From Marsupella aquatica (Eukaryota > Plantae > Marchantiophyta): a DNA stretch of 64,000 nt. Below are positions 10,955 to 24,000 of the stretch, piece after piece. Location: the NCBI GenBank assembly GCA_973895155.1, contig OZ316894.1, positions 21,237,867 to 21,301,866 on the forward strand. Reading direction: 5' to 3'. Position 1 is the stretch's first letter, and each line of letters opens with the position of its first letter. The notes beneath the pieces were generated by a model. That model did no database searches, was not told the origin of the DNA, and saw nothing but the letters and a program-made list of their open reading frames with translations. A program made the translations under genes and the position numbers.

Positions 10955-13900
10955 ATGAAGCGAAAAGAGAGAATATGCTCTGATTGATATCAAGAGCGAC
11001 AACCCTCTTCCGAAGCTCTAGCTTCTACACCTTCGGGAATTACAGCAGGCGCTCAAAAGGTTACCTACATTCCAGGCCCTGATCTACTCTGATCATGGCT
11101 TGTGTGGGGTTCTGTGCAATTTGGGTGATATTTATACGTTTCTCTAGAGGCACAAAACTTCCATATGGTACTTACAGTATAGCTCAATGTTTAACCCAAT
11201 CTGCTATCCTAAAATTTTAGCGTGAAGAACTTGAGGATTATAGATCTACGGAATCGAACAGAAATACGTGACAAAGCCATAGAAAATGCAATATGGTAGA
11301 TTCTAACCACTGACAGTAGATTTGCTCATATTGCGGGGGACTCAAATGAGGCACTGGATTAAATGATCAGGATTGTGAGAAATTTTTGATTGTTGCGACC
11401 CTTTGTCTCAGGTAAATGAATCGTTTTATGATCTTGATAGACCGCCGGGCGACGCCAGCATGCAGCTTTTGTTCTTCCATGGGCTGCAATTTCAAAACTT
11501 CACGGATGTACATTTCTCGACGTGGGAAAGCAGGGATGGGTCATGCATATGGCCTCAAGAGTGGTTGGTGGAGAAATTCCCAGGCAGTCACGTGTTATAT
11601 GCTTCATACGACGGGCGCGTGGCCAAAAGTTTTTGTAACAGCGTGTTCGACATCAATATAATTGCAGAAAACCTCATTTCGGATCTAATCCAAGCAAATA
11701 TCGGGCAAGTGCCGGGATGTCCGGTAATCTTAGTTGGTCATTCTTTTGGGGGCCTTGTCATTAAGCAAGTATGCTCTCAAGCCCATGACATGCTCAATAC
11801 GACCCAAGGGCCAGACAAGGATAAGCTCCAGACCTTTCTTAACAACCTCCATGGAGTATTTCTCTATGGCACACCACATCACGGGAGCCCAATCGCAGAA
11901 GAAGCAGTAGATCTTTGTGGCGGTTCCCTACGGGATTACTTCAAGATTCTGACTAAAGAAGCAGCGAGGCTGAATCACAAGTTTGACAGGTTATGCCGAA
12001 CATATCCTAAGTTGCAGATTGAGGGAGTTGGAGAGAGCATGCCAACAAGATTGGTACAGATCTACTCACTACCTTCCGTGTGGTGTGCAGGCAATATTTG
12101 TTTACGTGAGACATTTGTCGATGCTTTCACTCTGCAAACCTAAATTTCACAATCATTTCTTCTTGAGGTTTAATGAACGTCGATGAATTCATTACTCTTA
12201 CTTCGTCTTTGTAGTCATTGTAGCAACATAAATCTGTGGCAGTGACATTGATCAGTGTACTCTTGTGTCACTTAAAGTTTGAATCCGAGTAATTTGCCAC
12301 CGGCTCACATAAGTGTGGTCTGATAAAGTGCATTCCTTGACTGGCTTGTGGCAGGGCAACCTAGGTGAGGGTTTCATAGCGCCTGAGGCATCTCCAAGGC
12401 GAGGTAAGTTCAATGTTGATGATGGAGTTGACCACTTCACACTTTGTAAGCCAATCGGAAAGAGCAAAAGAAGCTTCTACAAGCTGCAGAATTTTCTAAC
12501 CAAAATAGTTGGTAACATGCAGGTACGATGTTCTCATCCCTTATGCCCAAGATGCTATATAAATTTCAGCTGAAAAGTATGCTCAGTCAGGACTGTCTCT
12601 TGAAGATCAAAATACATTGGTCTTCACAGTTGCCTATTGTTGATAAACTGCAGGCGCAAGGCACACCAGAACTTCCTGACAATTTCCAGTTCGTCCCTGA
12701 CTGTGTCATTGGTATTGATGGTCCAAGGGACATAATACTAGAGAAGCTGACGAATATTCCAATACTGGGCCTAGTGGGGATGGGAGGTGTGGGCAAAACC
12801 ACCCTTGCTAAGACAATCTTCAACATTCTGAGTCAACAATTTGAGTACAGCTGTTTTGTACCTAATGTTAAGCTTATCAAGGGAGAGGAAAAGGAGAGTC
12901 AGGAAAAGGATCTTAAAGAGGAAGTTTGGAGACACATTTATCACCGTGGAAAAAAGGTTACAAGTGGAGAAAATTGGTCGCAGTTGACAGGGAAGAAGTT
13001 TCTCCTTGGTTTAGATGATATCTCTACTGTAGGTCATGCTAAGATTTTATCTGAATTAGCTCAACTTACAGGTTCAGAAAGTCGATTCATTATGACCTCG
13101 CGAGAGAAAAATATTGTACATTATTCGGGGGACGTCTATGAGGTTCCATACCTCGAAGAGGATAGTGCCATGGGACTTTTCCAAAGCTTAGCATTTCCAG
13201 GTCAAGCAGTGCCACCGCCAGAGTTGGGAGGCATCATGAAAACCGTTGTGAGAAAATGTGATGGCTTGCCTCTAGCGCTTGAAGTTCTTGGTAAGTACTT
13301 GAAAGCAAAACCAAACCATGATGTCTGGGAACAAACTTTGAATGCCTTGGATGAAGCCGAGGATGTGACAGACATAAATGAGAGGCTTTCGGCTAAGCTA
13401 AGGCCCAGTTATGAGGGCCTTGGATCAAAAGAGCAGCAGATGTTTCTGGATGCAACAACCTTTTTCAGCAACAATGGTCACCGGGGTTGGTATAAATGGA
13501 CTTTGGGTGAAGCCCTAGCAGCCTGGAGGGCTGCTTATGGCACTACCAGTGAAAGAGGCTTTGGGGGACTCTGGTGGACATGGCTCTCGTTTATGAGGTC
13601 CAAGATGATGAACAAATCAAGGTACATGAGCAGGTACAAAGTCTTGGAAGGAAGATTGCATGTGAGCTCAGCTACACCAGGAAGTGGAGGGTCTGGGGTG
13701 AAATGAAGGGTATGGAGATGTTACACACTCCACGTTTGTTAAAGGGAAAGGTAAGCTCCACATGAATGAGACTAGCATACGACAAACGTTCATTCTTGTG
13801 ATTGCATATTTGACAGATTGGACCTGGTCCTAGGGTACTATTGATGAGTTAGGATTTATCCTGGTCCAATTACTTTGTTGCAATGATTGAGCTGAAATTG

Positions 13901-15333
13901 TATCAGGTGAGTCATTGATCCTCCTGTGTGGTTTCCAATGATAGGAATTGTATGCTTTGCGGTTGGAGCACAAGAGTACAAATGACGATGATGAGCTTTT
14001 TATCAATATTCCAAGCAACGCTGTTCGTAGACTGAAGAATTTACATTTCTTGGAAGTAAACGTCCCAGTGAGGATGGACGGAGCTCAGAAAGATGGATCC
14101 TTCCCAACTGAGCTTGTTTTACTCAGATGTGTTGGTCGGAATCTGTTTGACCCTGCCCTTCAAAGTCATCTTGCTGTTTTGGATTTAGAAGATTTGAAGC
14201 GCCTTCCGAGTTCTATTGGGGAACTATCCTCCTTACAGTACCTTAAGATACGATCATCTCCAAAATTGTGCTCTCTGCCTTACTCCTTCGGGGGACTGTC
14301 CTCCCTGAAGCGTCTTGAATTCTTTGGTTGTGAGAACTTGCACACCTTACCTGAGTCCTTCGGCAGACTGTCCTCCTTGAACCATCTTATCTTCCTTGGG
14401 TGTGGGAACTTGCACTCCTTGCCCGTCTCCTTCGGGCGACTGTCCTCGTTGAAAAATCTTGAATTCTATGAGTGTAGGAAGTTGAGCACCTTGCCTGACT
14501 CCTTCGGCAGACTGTATTCCTTGAGCCGTCTTAAATTCAATCATTGTGAGAACTTGCACCCCTTGCCTGACTCCTTCGGGGAACTGTCCTCTTTAAACCG
14601 TCTTGACTTCACTTTTTGTGATAACTTGCTCACCTTTCCTGACTCCTTCGGGGAACTGTCCTCCTTGAACCATCTTGAAGTCGTCGGTTGTTTCAACTTA
14701 CACACCTTGCCTGACTCCTTCGGGGGACTATTATCCTTGAAACATCTTGTATTGACGGGTTGTCATAAAATGGGCACCTTGCCTAACTCATTCGGGCAAC
14801 TCTCCGCCTTGGAGAAACTTATATTGTGCGGCGAATACGACACTTTGCCTGAATATTTAATCCAGCTGAAGAAACTTCAATTGTTGAGCACAGTTGTCCA
14901 TGAGGACACCTTACTGAACTCACTGGGAGACTTGAAGGATCTTCGTGACCTGGAATTTTTTCTTCATTCTGCTACAAGCATTCCAGAATGCATCAAGAGC
15001 TTACCGTCACTGCAAACACTACGGCTCCATTTCAAGGTTTCTCCTGTCAATCCATTGCCGCCATGGTTGATACCTGAGGCAGATGTCAAAATTAGAAAAT
15101 TTTCTCGGATATCGTACACAGTAGAAGATGGACGTTTTTCAGTGGTAGATGCATACTTCGAAGACGAAAGTGAGTCTAGTGAGAGCTCAGAAGACCTGAG
15201 TGCGTATTTTCTCAGCTCAGAAGACTTGACGGAGTCTGGTGACAGCTCAGAAGACTCTAGTGAGTCTATTGACAGCTCAGAAACCTTAGTGTGCCGTGAG
15301 TCGCAACTTAGAAGATCTGAGCGAATGCACTAG
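10955..15333 (+). pseudogene. alpha/beta-hydrolase-NB-ARC-LRR immune receptor (HNL), frameshifted. Exons ~10955-11059 (tentative), 11412-12053, 12355-12522, 12630 or 12654-13750, 13945-15333
   Basis: Hydrolase motifs FFHGLQ, GHSFGG, GTPHHGS and DHF. P-loop GMGGVGKTT, kinase-2 LLGLDD, GLPLAL and MHD-like VHEQ. Nine 24-aa LPxSFGxLSSLxxL LRRs and an acidic Ser-rich tail. Splice phases are consistent. Frame shifts at ~13551-13560 (gaaagaggctt). In-frame TGA at 10985 in the tentative exon 1. Confidence 0.88.
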
Positions 15334-16332
15334 ATATTCTGTATCGTTTACAATACAAGATGGTTGTTTTTCGGTGGAAAAAGAGGTATGTCGATGATGA
15401 GGGTGATGATGGTACAGATGCAGGTCGGTTCGGCGCATGTTACAGTCCATTCATACGAAAATCATTTTACAGCGAAGAGGAAATAAACTTGTCTCCCAAT
15501 CGACTCCTGGGCATATGAACCCTGTTGGAATTATTTCTTCTGATCACTCTTTCATGCTGGAAGAGGAACTTTATCTTGTGGCCCGCCCTACACATCAGCA
15601 TTTGCCGCTCTTGTGCCTGATGTACTGAGATGGCTAAAGGTTTCCATTTCTTCCATCTCTAGATTAGCATTTTCATTTATACCACTAGCTACTGGAAGTG
15701 TTCCAGCTTCATCATGATGTGTCGAATTTCTTAAATCGTAGTAGAAACAAATCAGGCCTACTGATTGGGCAAAATGAATTGTTCCACCCAAGGCTGGTAC
15801 CGGTCTCACCATTGACTTTCTAATTCCTCATACTGTACCCAGCTACAGGGGAAACACGTCAAACATGTCAGGTGTAATTTTTGACTGGGTGTTAAATCAT
15901 GACCTCTGTATAACCAAAACACAAACCAAGTCAACAACCCACAAATGTTTGGTGTGAATGTGTGATTGAGTACTTATCGGGCCCTTCAGATGGTCGGCCG
16001 TCAAAAATCCAAAAAATGCTCTAAGTTTGCGGCGCTTGTTGTGTCTGCCTCTGTTACACAGGGCACCACTACTTAACTCGGGGGCCCACAAAATTCAGTA
16101 ATTGTTGACAGAAGAGCAGAGAGGAGCGCGAGCTCGTTCGTGCTCGTTTTGCGCAGCAATCAACGAAGAAATTGGGTGGAAAGATTCAGTAATTTGTTTG
16201 CCGCACGCAGCAAGCAATCAAGGGAGATGAGCAATGTGACAGACGGGAAGGCATTGCAGAAAAGAGCAGAGCAACGGAGATAGAAGACCAGAGAGAAGCG
16301 CGAGCTCGTTCGGTCGCGTTTCTGCAACAATC

Positions 16333-16680
16333 AAGTATCTCTTTATGGTCCTCCTATGCTCCTTAAACCACACCAACCGCACCTGCCACTATAAAAGTCT
16401 CATTCCATGAATAAATTCCACTAATAAACCTGATGCCAAAAAGTATCTCTTTATGGTCCTCCTATGCTCTTTAAACCACACCTGCCACTATAAAAGCCTC
16501 ATTCCATGAATAAACTTGATGCCAAAAAGTATCTCTTTATGGTCCACCTATGCTCCTTAAATCACACCTGCCACTATAAAAGCCTCATTCCATGAATAAA
16601 CCTGATGCCAAAAAGTATCTCTTTATGGTCCTCCCATGCTCCTTAAACCACACCTGCCACTATAAAAGCCTCATTCCATG
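16333..16680. repeat. Tandem repeat, about 4 copies of an 86-bp unit
   Basis: Units aagtatctctttatggtcc...ctataaaagcctcattccatg start at 16333, 16441, 16527 and 16613. Confidence 0.95.
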
Positions 16681-16919
16681 CCTCACTATGCACCATAAAG
16701 GGTGGAAGAGTATCATTTTTTGTGGAATACTTGCCAAATAAAGAGTTTGCACTCAACACCTTTTGTGGAACTCAAAGCCCATTCTTGAACCTGTGTTCTT
16801 TACAGTGAGAGCTATGGGTTACACATAGCCCTTTATCGCAATTGTGGATATGGGGCTATCGTATGCCCACCCGCGGGAGCCCTAGAGTTACGGCCTAGAG
16901 TCCCTTTGTGCATCCCAAG

Positions 16920-17142
16920 TACCAAAATTTAACTCGTAGGACGTCCAAGACGTCAAGGAGTGCCGGTCGGGCTGTCTTTGTTAATAAAGGTGGTGGATGT
17001 CTTGGATGTCTTTACAAAGGGGACGTCAGGGATGTCACCTTCTTGCCATCCTGGCCGTCCATGTTTAAGCAAAGGCCATCCTTTGGTCACACGCTGGATG
17101 TCTTGGATGTCCCTACTAAAGGGATGTCAGGTACATCACTAG
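16920..17142 (+). mobile_element. Helitron-like 3' end (5' boundary not determined)
   Basis: Hairpin gatgtccct-actaa-agggatgtc, then 10 nt, then CTAG|T at 17139-17143. Repeated gacgtc/gatgtc motifs upstream. Confidence 0.45.
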
Positions 17143-18009
17143 TATTTGAGTCGTCCACAACTTATTTGCAGTCTTGACTTGACTCAAACATCATGCCGTC
17201 CTCATGAAGCACTATGTAAGGTTTACAAAGTTTGCGGATGGGACAGTGTAGTTTCATTCCAGATGTTGTTGTGTACAGTAATCCATTCCCAAGACAGGGT
17301 AACCGGCTGTAATCCCCGAGGGCGCTGAGCCCAAGGGGGTTACAGCCATTATTTCCGAGTGGGGATGAATTACGGAAGGTAAAGATTGAGCATAATTTTA
17401 CACATCATTCAGTTCAATTTTGTACAGGTTGATCCATCACTGTTTGCCACTTGCATTTTCCTCTATTTCTCATTCAAAGTTTATAATCCTCAGGCCAGGC
17501 TAGCCCAAGGGTTCCATGGCTTCACTCTTGGGGTAACTCCCCATAACCTTGTACACACATACAAAGGAAAAAAATCAGGAAGGGTTCACAGGTCTCTGTT
17601 ACATGAAACACTATTATGAGATTCTCACCTCCCTTGGAGTATTTCCAGTCTTTGTTGAATGTGCAATTATCAGCCCTGCAATTATCAGCCGCAATTCTCT
17701 TGACTCCCACTCTAAATTGTACATAGCTGCCCTAAATTTGGTCCCTACCCCATAAGGGGAATTTTCGCTCTATTAAAAAATGCCATGCACTTATCAGGTG
17801 AAATTAGATCAGATTGTGTGCTTACCAATAAGTGTTCATACACAGTTATCAAGGGTTTGCACTTATGAAGTAGCCCTTTAACTAACAAATCTCAGGCCTG
17901 TTTGCAATTACACAAGGTGCAAAATGGGTGCACTGACCTGACCACAAGTCAGACCGGTTATGTCTAACCCGGGACCTTCGGGTGCTGCATCCACTTTCTT
18001 CACCTCATG

Positions 18010-18710
18010 CGAAGAAATCGAACGGACGACGGGGGCCGCTCACTTGGGGGGAGACATCGTAACCCTAAAACTCTCCCTGCCGTCAAACTCATCGTCATCA
18101 GTTTCATCAGTCATGCGCGTTCACGGCGAGACAGATCTAACGGACGACGTGGTCCACTACCTTGCGGGAAGACATCGTAACCCTAAAGCTCTAGTGCCGT
18201 GAAACGCATTTTCATCCGTGACCTTCACGCGTTAACGGCGAGATGCAGCGAGGGATCTAACGGTCATTGTGGTCCGCTCACTTTCGGGAAGACATCGGAA
18301 CCCTCAAGATCTTTGCCGTGAAACGCGTCATCGCCAGTTATCCCTCGAGTTAACGGCGCGTCGCAGCGAGAGATCTAACGGACGACGTGGCCCACTCACT
18401 CGCGGGAAGCCATCGTAACCCTAAATGTATGTTTGCCGTGAAACGCGTCGTCATCAGTGACCCCGCGAGTTAACGGCGAGACGTAGCTCTCGATCTAACG
18501 GACGACGTGGTCCGCTCACTCTCGGGAAGACATCCTAACCCTAAGCGCTCAATTGCCGTGAAACGCATTGTCATCAGCGACTTCCACGCGTTAACGGCGA
18601 GACGCAGCGAGAGATCTAACGGACGAAGTGGTCCGCTCAATTTCGGGAAGACATCTTGACCCTAGAACGCTTTTGCCGTGAAACGCATCGTCATCAGTGA
18701 CGACTTCGCG
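18010..18710. repeat. CpG-rich tandem array, about 6 copies of ~119 bp
   Basis: gatctaacggacgacgtggtccgctcac..cgggaagacatcgtaaccctaa..tgccgtgaaacgc..gtcatcagtgac..gttaacggcgag recurs at ~18020, 18134, 18254, 18372, 18492 and 18613. Confidence 0.95.
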
Positions 18711-20502
18711 GCCGGCTCCGATCTCGAGATCTCGTCCGCCTAAAAATAGCGTCGGTCGAACATTTCGCTCCGAAGGTTTTCCCAATCGGTCGCCATTGAT
18801 TGAGGAGACGAGAGGAGAGGACAGGAGAGGAGTCTGAGGACAGAGGAGAGGATCGAGCGATGGTGGCGCAATTTTTTTTCTACGAAATGAATGAGACCCA
18901 TTACTGAACATAGAGCGCTTCACTACTGTACTGAAGCTTTTTGCTTCCGGTCCATGAATCTTTCGTCATAATTCGAAGGTCGATCGATTCGGTGTTGTTG
19001 TCGTGCGCTTTTCCGTGACCAACGAATTGAGTCGTTGTGTCACCGCCGTGCTCACCCTGCGTTGAAAAGTGCAAAGTGGAAAGGTGCGCGCCGATGCCCT
19101 CGCCGTGGCACAGAGGAGAGCCGTCCCCGCCTGAGAGGAGGTCTGTCTGCTCTGCCCAGCTTTGGAAAGAGCGAGTTGAAAAAGTGCATGGTGATACCAC
19201 TCGCCGCTCATTTGGAGCCGTCGGCCGTGGCAACTGGCAAGAACGTAGAGTGAGAGCGTAGGTACGTCTGTCAAAGATCCTGGCGCTTCGGCGTGCTCGT
19301 GATAGAATAATATTAGCGATGTGTAGGGTTTTCTGAGAGAGAATTTCACCTTCGAGTTACGGTCGCTGGCTGGAGAGAGGAGTTAGTAAAACGAAGAGGG
19401 GAGGCGGAGGGGAGGAAGGCAGGGAAGAAACGAGCTCGCTGTTCGTGAGGAATCTACTTGTGGGTGTGCGGTCTAGATGTGCTGAGGAGTTTGCAGCTTC
19501 ATTCACCACACGGTAATTCGATACCCGGGCAAGAAGGAGCTAGGAAATGAGAGCTTCATGAGAAGTTTACGTTTGGTTTGCGGTCTAGGTTTGTTTTGGT
19601 GCCTGGGCAAGAATCTACTATTGTGAGTATTGTCAGTACGTGTCCTGGAGAAGTACATGAGTCCGGAGGATTCTGATAACAAGGGTTTTCTGAAGTCGTC
19701 CAGAAGTTTACTTTGCTAGTAACATCCGCCTGCACGAAAGGGAAGCAAGTTTGAGAGAGGGGACGAAGAGGTCTTTGAGAAGTTTACTTTTCGTTTTAAG
19801 GTTGCCGGACGAGACGGAGAGGAGAGGTAAGGAGAGGGAGGTAGCAGTCGTCGTGAGAAGTTTGCTTTTGGTTTTGCGGCCTACATCGGCTGTGAAGTCT
19901 TTGCCTGTGGCAAACGGTCATTGGGAGCTGTGGGCAAGACTCTAGCGTGGGGACGTTTGCCGCGGTGACAGGATCCTGTTCGTACATGTGTAGCATCACG
20001 AAGAAGTGTGTTTTCCTGAGAAATCAAAGTTTTGTTTCACGGGATTTGTTTGCTGAGAAGCCTCTGCCTGTACTACAGGATAATTTGAAGCCATAGCAAC
20101 AATCTGCCGGACGATTGGTACCTTGATGGCGGGATACTGTGTGGAACTCTGAAGTAAAATGGTTTTCTGAGATGCTCACTCGTCGTTGCATGTGTAGAAT
20201 TCTGCATCAGAGGGGTTTCTGAGAAGTTGTCGTTTTATGGTCGCGGGACGTGAAGCGTACGAGCTGGGAGGAACTTGTATCCCAGGTAGGAAAGCAGGGC
20301 TTCCGAGTTCACGTTCAGACGAGGAGGAAAAGGAGCGGGGACGGAAGACGTAAGGAGAGGAAGGAAAGCAGGTTGTTTGAGGAGTTGACTGATGAGGATG
20401 ACGGTCATTTGACGGTAACTGAAGGAGCAGGAAGGGAAATCATAAGAGAGAAGGGAAAGTAGAGCGATCAATTACATCCGAGTGCAGCAGCCGGGTGTCG
20501 TC

Positions 20503-21084
20503 ATGCAGCAGCCGATGCACTACCAGCAGGGGCCACCACCGCCCCATATGATGCAGATGCAGATGCAGCCGCCACAAATGAATTATCAGCAAGTAGAGAA
20601 GCAGCAGCTGGATATGTTGTGGCAGAATCAGAGGCAGGAGATAGACCAAGTGACCGACTTCAAGACCCATCAACTTCCGCTGGCCAGAATTAAGAAGATC
20701 ATGAAGGCTGATGAGGATGTGAAGATGATCGCCGCAGAAGCCCCTGTGGTTTTTGCCAAAGCTTCCGAGATGTTCATTTTGGAGCTTACGCTAAGGTCCT
20801 GGATGCATACAGAAGAGAACAAGCGACGCACCTTGCAAAAGAATGACATTGCCGCCTCTGTGGCGCGGGCTGACATCTTTGATTTTCTTCTTGATATTGT
20901 TCCACGGGAGGAGAAAGGAGAGGAAGAATCCTCATGGTCTAATGGACTGAGTATGCCGGAAAGCTCTATGATCTACCAGGGACAATATTATCCAGCAGCA
21001 ATGGGCCAACCTGTCATGGGCCAACAACCAACTATGGGTCAAGTTCCAATGAACCCATTTATGGGGGCAACAGCACCAACATGA
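20503..21084 (+). CDS. NF-YC: Nuclear factor Y subunit C (HAP5/CBF-C), intronless CDS
   Basis: Histone-fold core [29 protein letters not shown]...[20 protein letters not shown]...[12 protein letters not shown] with Q/P/M-rich termini. First ATG at 20503. Confidence 0.95.
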   Translation: MQQPMHYQQGPPPPHMMQMQMQPPQMNYQQVEKQQLDMLWQNQRQEIDQVTDFKTHQLPLARIKKIMKADEDVKMIAAEAPVVFAKASEMFILELTLRSWMHTEENKRRTLQKNDIAASVARADIFDFLLDIVPREEKGEEESSWSNGLSMPESSMIYQGQYYPAAMGQPVMGQQPTMGQVPMNPFMGATAPT

Positions 21085-24000
21085 AATTGCTCTGTTCGTC
21101 GTTACTATTTCCAACATTGGAACAAATGATGAAATCTTCCATCAAGTCCATTAAGTACATATGCCAGGGGTAGATTGTATGCAGATTTGGTCAATGGTGC
21201 CAGATCTTCGAGGTGTTATGATGACTCTTGTGAATAGGTCGCAGTGACTCTTGTGAATCCCTGGAGGAAATTCTTGTTCGGTTTGGTATGAACAGTGCTC
21301 ACCGTCAGTCTAGCATCGCTACTTATTCCCGTCGTCGATTCTGTGTTAGCATTTTCGCATCAGTCTAGGATCATCAGGTCAGCACAGATTGAGGTGAGGT
21401 GGGTAATGGAACTTGCGGCTACAATTGTCTCAATATCGGTCTTGATAGTGATCCATTACTTGGCTGTGCATTTCGTTCATTTTCAGCTTCTGCTTGTTGC
21501 CAAACATTGAAATAAAAATAACATCTCCGCTCCCGACCAGTTCGTCTTTAGCACACTTGAACGCTCCACCTGATGCACATAAAGGTTGCTTATTTTCGAT
21601 TGCATGCTAAACAGAGAACAATGAGAACGCTGCTCTATCGACTGCACTTCACTATTTTGGACAGATCGATTGCAGTCAGAAGTGGTATAGATGAAGTGGC
21701 GAATTTCCACTTGGACAGACTCTTTAGACCTGCAGTAAAGGAAGAACGTGTTAAACAAAAGTCTCCTTATCCCGGCAAGTAGTTGCTTGTAAGACCCTAG
21801 AGCAGTGACCGAACCGTGTTTTCAGTTTTCAATACAGATTCCTTAGAAGAACCTGCTTGTTTAGAGTGACGAAGAGGTGCTTAGTTTCTATCACCTTCAC
21901 CGCATGTAGTTTGGTTCGCAGTGTTTTCAGTACAATTATTTTCTTCGAAGAGGAGAAGACTTTTTCAGGAACTATACATTTCGTCAACTGGCAGCGATAG
22001 GAATATGGCTTATCCACGATTGTGAGTGCTGATCCCACAAGCTATTGGAGTATCCTGTTTTGGGGCAATTCTCTTCAGTGCAGTCTCACCTGGTCACGTC
22101 TACACAATCAGCAGCATTGTCATATTTTCCCAGACGCGATGGTTAAAAAGTCACTAATTGTCGAGTGGTACCAACTACAGTGGCAATTACGCTTTTCAGA
22201 GAAACCCCACAGAACTACCTTCCAGAGATGACACATTCTTCACCTCAGCCACTACTGGGTCTACAGACATCAAACTATCCCATCATACGAGATCAGTTGC
22301 TCTTGATTACATTACTGACTTGTTGAGTTTCAACTCTACTTCGTCTGTAACTACCACGCTGTGAAGCAATTCTAGACATACCACGTATGGCGGGAAACCA
22401 CAGGAGTGCAAACCTGATAAAATGTAAGGAATGCCCTACAGCTCATAAATTTCAAAATCATTTGGCGAAACATTTTGAAAATTATGAAACATAAGAATTG
22501 AATGAACGAATACATTAATGAATACTTCACATAATCCACTATGCATTGGAATGTCTAACAGGCAATGCAAAGTGGCAGTAAAGATCGAAGACATTGAAGT
22601 CCTGTTCATAATAGCTGAGGCGAACTCAGCTAAGAAAGGATCATCATTGTAAGTCTACAATCTGCTAAGGGGAGGCTGGTGAAAAGTCCACACTAGAGAC
22701 ATCTTGATACATAGTTCTCCCCACGGACGAAACGACAATGTTATCAGCATCAACATTGCTAAGTTCAGGAGCTGGCATATCTGTTCTCTGCAGGCCGGAG
22801 AAGGAGCCTGCCACTCTGACCTCAATAAAATTTACTGTGTGATATTGGTGCCAATTCTACCTGATTCTCTCTGTAGTCCAAGTTAGCAAGGGTTACCCTT
22901 TGTTACATAGGTAAATCCTGAAACGAGGTCAGGTTGGGGCCAGAGTTTTGGTATCGACAATCTGAGTGTATTTCCCTGCGTCGTTGTCCAAAGGAACCCT
23001 TCATCCAGTTTCCTTTCATGATCTGTCAACGAAACTTGGCAAATCGTTCTAAAAGCCAGGGTTTGGGTTCCTCAGAATTTATCCTGGGGAGAATGTTGAT
23101 GGAGATGTGTCTCACTTGTGCCATAGAAGATGCTGTTCGTCCATCGTTGACTATTATCAGGTGTCCTATCGCCTTGGACAAAACATATGTACGTAAAACC
23201 AGAATCTTTCCACCAATTGGAGAGGAGAACATGGAAGCAGGCGAGGGAAAACGATTGCAGCCCAGAAAGAAACAAGTCTCCATTGCCAGTAGGAAGCAGG
23301 AGCAACGACAATAAGATTCTCAATTTTTACCTTCACAGTCATCATAACAAATTGCTAGGCTGCTAACGCGCAACACACAAGGTGAGACTAGAAATGGAAG
23401 GACCTCCTACAAGATCATTTCTAAACTGTACGACGGATCACCTAATGAGTCACAGCTTTTCCGAACAAACTCAGGTTCATTTCCATGGTAGTAGAGAGCA
23501 CCTCAGTCATGAAAGAGGAGGACAATGTTATGAAGGGGGTACATGACAAAAGACACGCCCCAGCATGACCGTTTGGTTGGATAGATGATTTCAGATGGAA
23601 ATTAAGGTCTTAGATCAGTAGGTCAATGAAAAGGCCCACCACAACAAGGCAACCCTGACGTGATTGAATCCAAGGATTCGGAGAGCACCAATTTCGATCA
23701 ATCAATCGTCCACCATACTTCCTTGCGGTAAATTTTGGAGTTAGCAAATCAGCTAGTGCCGCAAAGCCCGAAAGTGATGGCTAGCCTCTGTGCTAATTCA
23801 GAGGTCAATACGGGGTGGAAGAAGCAGACCACGAAGAAACAAACAATCCCACATTTACTTACCAGGATATCAACCCTACCGCTAACGCGTATAAGATCTG
23901 CCTAAGAAGTCTTCGGTAAGCTTCAGAGCTTATCCTGCAAAACCTGCCCAGTTGCCTGGTTGAAGCAAAACAAGTCACGAATTAGGTGAATCAATCTCTG

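Noticed and set aside
16333-16680. Repeated TATAAAA as tandem promoters
   Set aside because: No downstream gene. The motif is simply part of the repeat unit.
18010-18710. CRISPR-like array or tandem hammerhead ribozymes (CTGATGA on the minus strand)
   Set aside because: Variable segments are only 7-9 nt and there are no cas genes. CTGATGA is not followed by stem II and GAAA on the same strand, because the GAAAC lies on the opposite strand.
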